A stretch of DNA of 63,845 nucleotides, counting the filler, from Octopus bimaculoides (Eukaryota), in the NCBI RefSeq assembly GCF_001194135.2. It is 5 parts of 4 records of this genome, joined end to end, with 100 filler letters (N's around TTAATTAATTAA, not from the genome) between each part and the next. Parts side by side here need not be neighbours in the genome. Positions count along the whole stretch, not along the records: positions 62,011 to 63,845 come from NW_026307063.1; 4 more parts are not named here. One strand, written 5' to 3'. Below, piece by piece: positions 62,319 through 63,845 of this stretch. The notes under the pieces were generated by a model. It searched no databases. It had not been told where the DNA came from and saw only the letters and a program-made list of their open reading frames with translations. How positions within the stretch are numbered: position 1 is the stretch's first letter; each line of letters begins with the position of its first letter. Made by a program: the position numbers and the translations under genes.

Positions 62319-62461
62319 TTAATTAATTAAAGTAGCAAAAACATTTTTCCAATGTTTATTTGTTTGTTCTATTCCTGAGGCCATTTTCTTTGGATTTTTC
62401 CAAAGATGGTGGTTTAGATCTTGACCCTCTAAGTTTGGATTACTCCATTCTGCTTTCACTT
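62319..62461 (-). CDS. Candidate terminal coding exon of an unidentified gene
   Basis: Acceptor CTTTTATTGTAG; phase-1 frame open for 46 codons (VKAEWSNPNLEGQDLNHHLWKNPKKMASGIEQTNKHWKNVFATLIN*); the other two frames close within 7 codons. Confidence 0.3.
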
Positions 62462-63845
62462 CTACAATAAAAGAATGTTCTTATTCAGAGCAGGAACTAA
62501 TGGATTTGGTCATCATTTACTTTAGTTCCAGCTAGTCTTAATACAAGACACATTTCAAATGAATGAGACATTGATTTGCTATATCTCTATTCCTTCAAGT
62601 CACCAACCATGTTTCTGAATTTCCTTTCTTTAGCTGTAAGTTATCTCTGATCAAGTAGGGCCATANNNNNNNNNNNNNNNNNNNNNNNNNNNNNNNNNNN
62701 NNNNNNNNNNNNNNNNNNNNNNNNNNNNNNNNNNNNNNNNNNNNNNNNNNNNNNNNNNNNNNNNNNNNNNNNNNNNNNNNNNNNNNNNNNNNNNNNNNNN
62801 NNNNNNNNNNNNNNNNNNNNNNNNNNNNNNNNNNNNNNNNNNNNNNNNNNNNNNNNNNNNNNNNNNNNNNNNNNNNNNNNNNNNNNNNNNNNNNNNNNNN
62901 NNNNNNNNNNNNNNNNNNNNNNNNNNNNNNNNNGCCCCAGCATGGCCACAGTCTAATGACTGAAACAAGTAAAAGATAAAATGATAAAAGATATGATTAG
63001 CTTATCTGCTTGTGGATTCCCTTTCTTTTCTATTTGTTATCACATTCTTGACATATGCAGCATGATCAAGGCAGCTAATCTGCTTTGATCTACATTGCCT
63101 TANNNNNNNNNNNNNNNNNNNNNNNNNNNNNNNNNNNNNNNNNNNNNNNNNNNNNNNNNNNNNNNNNNNNNNNNNNNNNNNNNNNNNNNNNNNNNNNNNN
63201 NNNNNNNNNNNNNNNNNNNNNNNNNNNNNNNNNNNNNNNNNNNNNNNNNNNNNNNNNNNNNNNNNNNNNNNNNTTTCAGTGTCAAACAATATCTGCTTTC
63301 ACATATAGGCATTACTTAATAATTTGGTCCCACCTGCCTGTGGTGTTACCAGGAACAATTATGGAAAAACCCAAATATTAATACATAAAGCATGACGAGC
63401 CACAATCGTGGCCATCAGGCACAGGTCGACAGGCCATGATTGTGGCCCAGATAGATGNNNNNNNNNNNNNNNNNNNNNNNNNNNNNNNNNNNNNNNNNNN
63501 NNNNNNNNNNNNNNNNNNNNNNNNNNNNNNNNNNNNNNNNNNNNNNNNNNNNNNNNNNNNNNNNNNNNNNNNNNNNNNNNNNNNNNNNNNNNNNNNNNNN
63601 NNNNNNNNNNNNNNNNNNNNNNNNNNNNNNNNNNNNNNNNNNNNNNNNNNNNNNNNNNNNNNNNNNNNNNNNNNNNNNNNNCAGCAGTCCATGCTATGTA
63701 AGTGCAAATCCCAGCGCTTTATGGGTTAAGCAAAACCAATTCTTCCTTTAAGCTGAAATATGTATTAAAAAGAGAAAGTTGCAGGTGACTGGTATAAACA
63801 AATGTTTTGTTGGTTGCAGTGCATTGTGCAAAGTGGGAAAAACCC

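Noticed and set aside
62319-62330. Fifth TTAATTAATTAA spacer
   Set aside because: Not flanked by N; a natural AT-rich occurrence.
63274-63319. C2H2 zinc-finger fragment (FSVKQYLLSHIGIT)
   Set aside because: It lacks the second His, and the Cys pair would be in the gap; insufficient evidence.

Overview
AT-rich, microsatellite- and gap-riddled animal genomic DNA. It is most likely an octopus (inference from the SINE families, the simple-repeat load and the molluscan-type proteins). The window is not contiguous genome: four identical 100-nt artificial spacers (44 N + TTAATTAATTAA + 44 N) at 25675, 41722, 49916 and 61911 join five separate scaffold pieces. Piece 2 carries the last four coding exons of a choline acetyltransferase (ChAT) gene on the minus strand (33478 to 26382), with an extended Q/E/K/T-rich C-terminal tail. 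Piece 4 carries seven consecutive internal exons of CCDC93 on the minus strand (60042 to 54518). The rest is mainly repeats: several tRNA-derived SINE families; relics of RTE, CRE-like, R4/Dong-like, Penelope-like, Gypsy and mariner elements; hAT, piggyBac and CACTA-like MITEs; a Helitron with nested insertions; and a 224-bp-arm foldback element. Almost all ORFs in the supplied track are microsatellite, SINE or gap artefacts. I found no clearly new multi-gene system. The most interesting signals are (i) locus-specific CpG decay in SINE copies that reads like a fossil gene-body methylation map and predicts unannotated genes, (ii) a (TAA)n hot spot of Dong-like retroelement ends, and (iii) dsRNA-forming structures next to exons.
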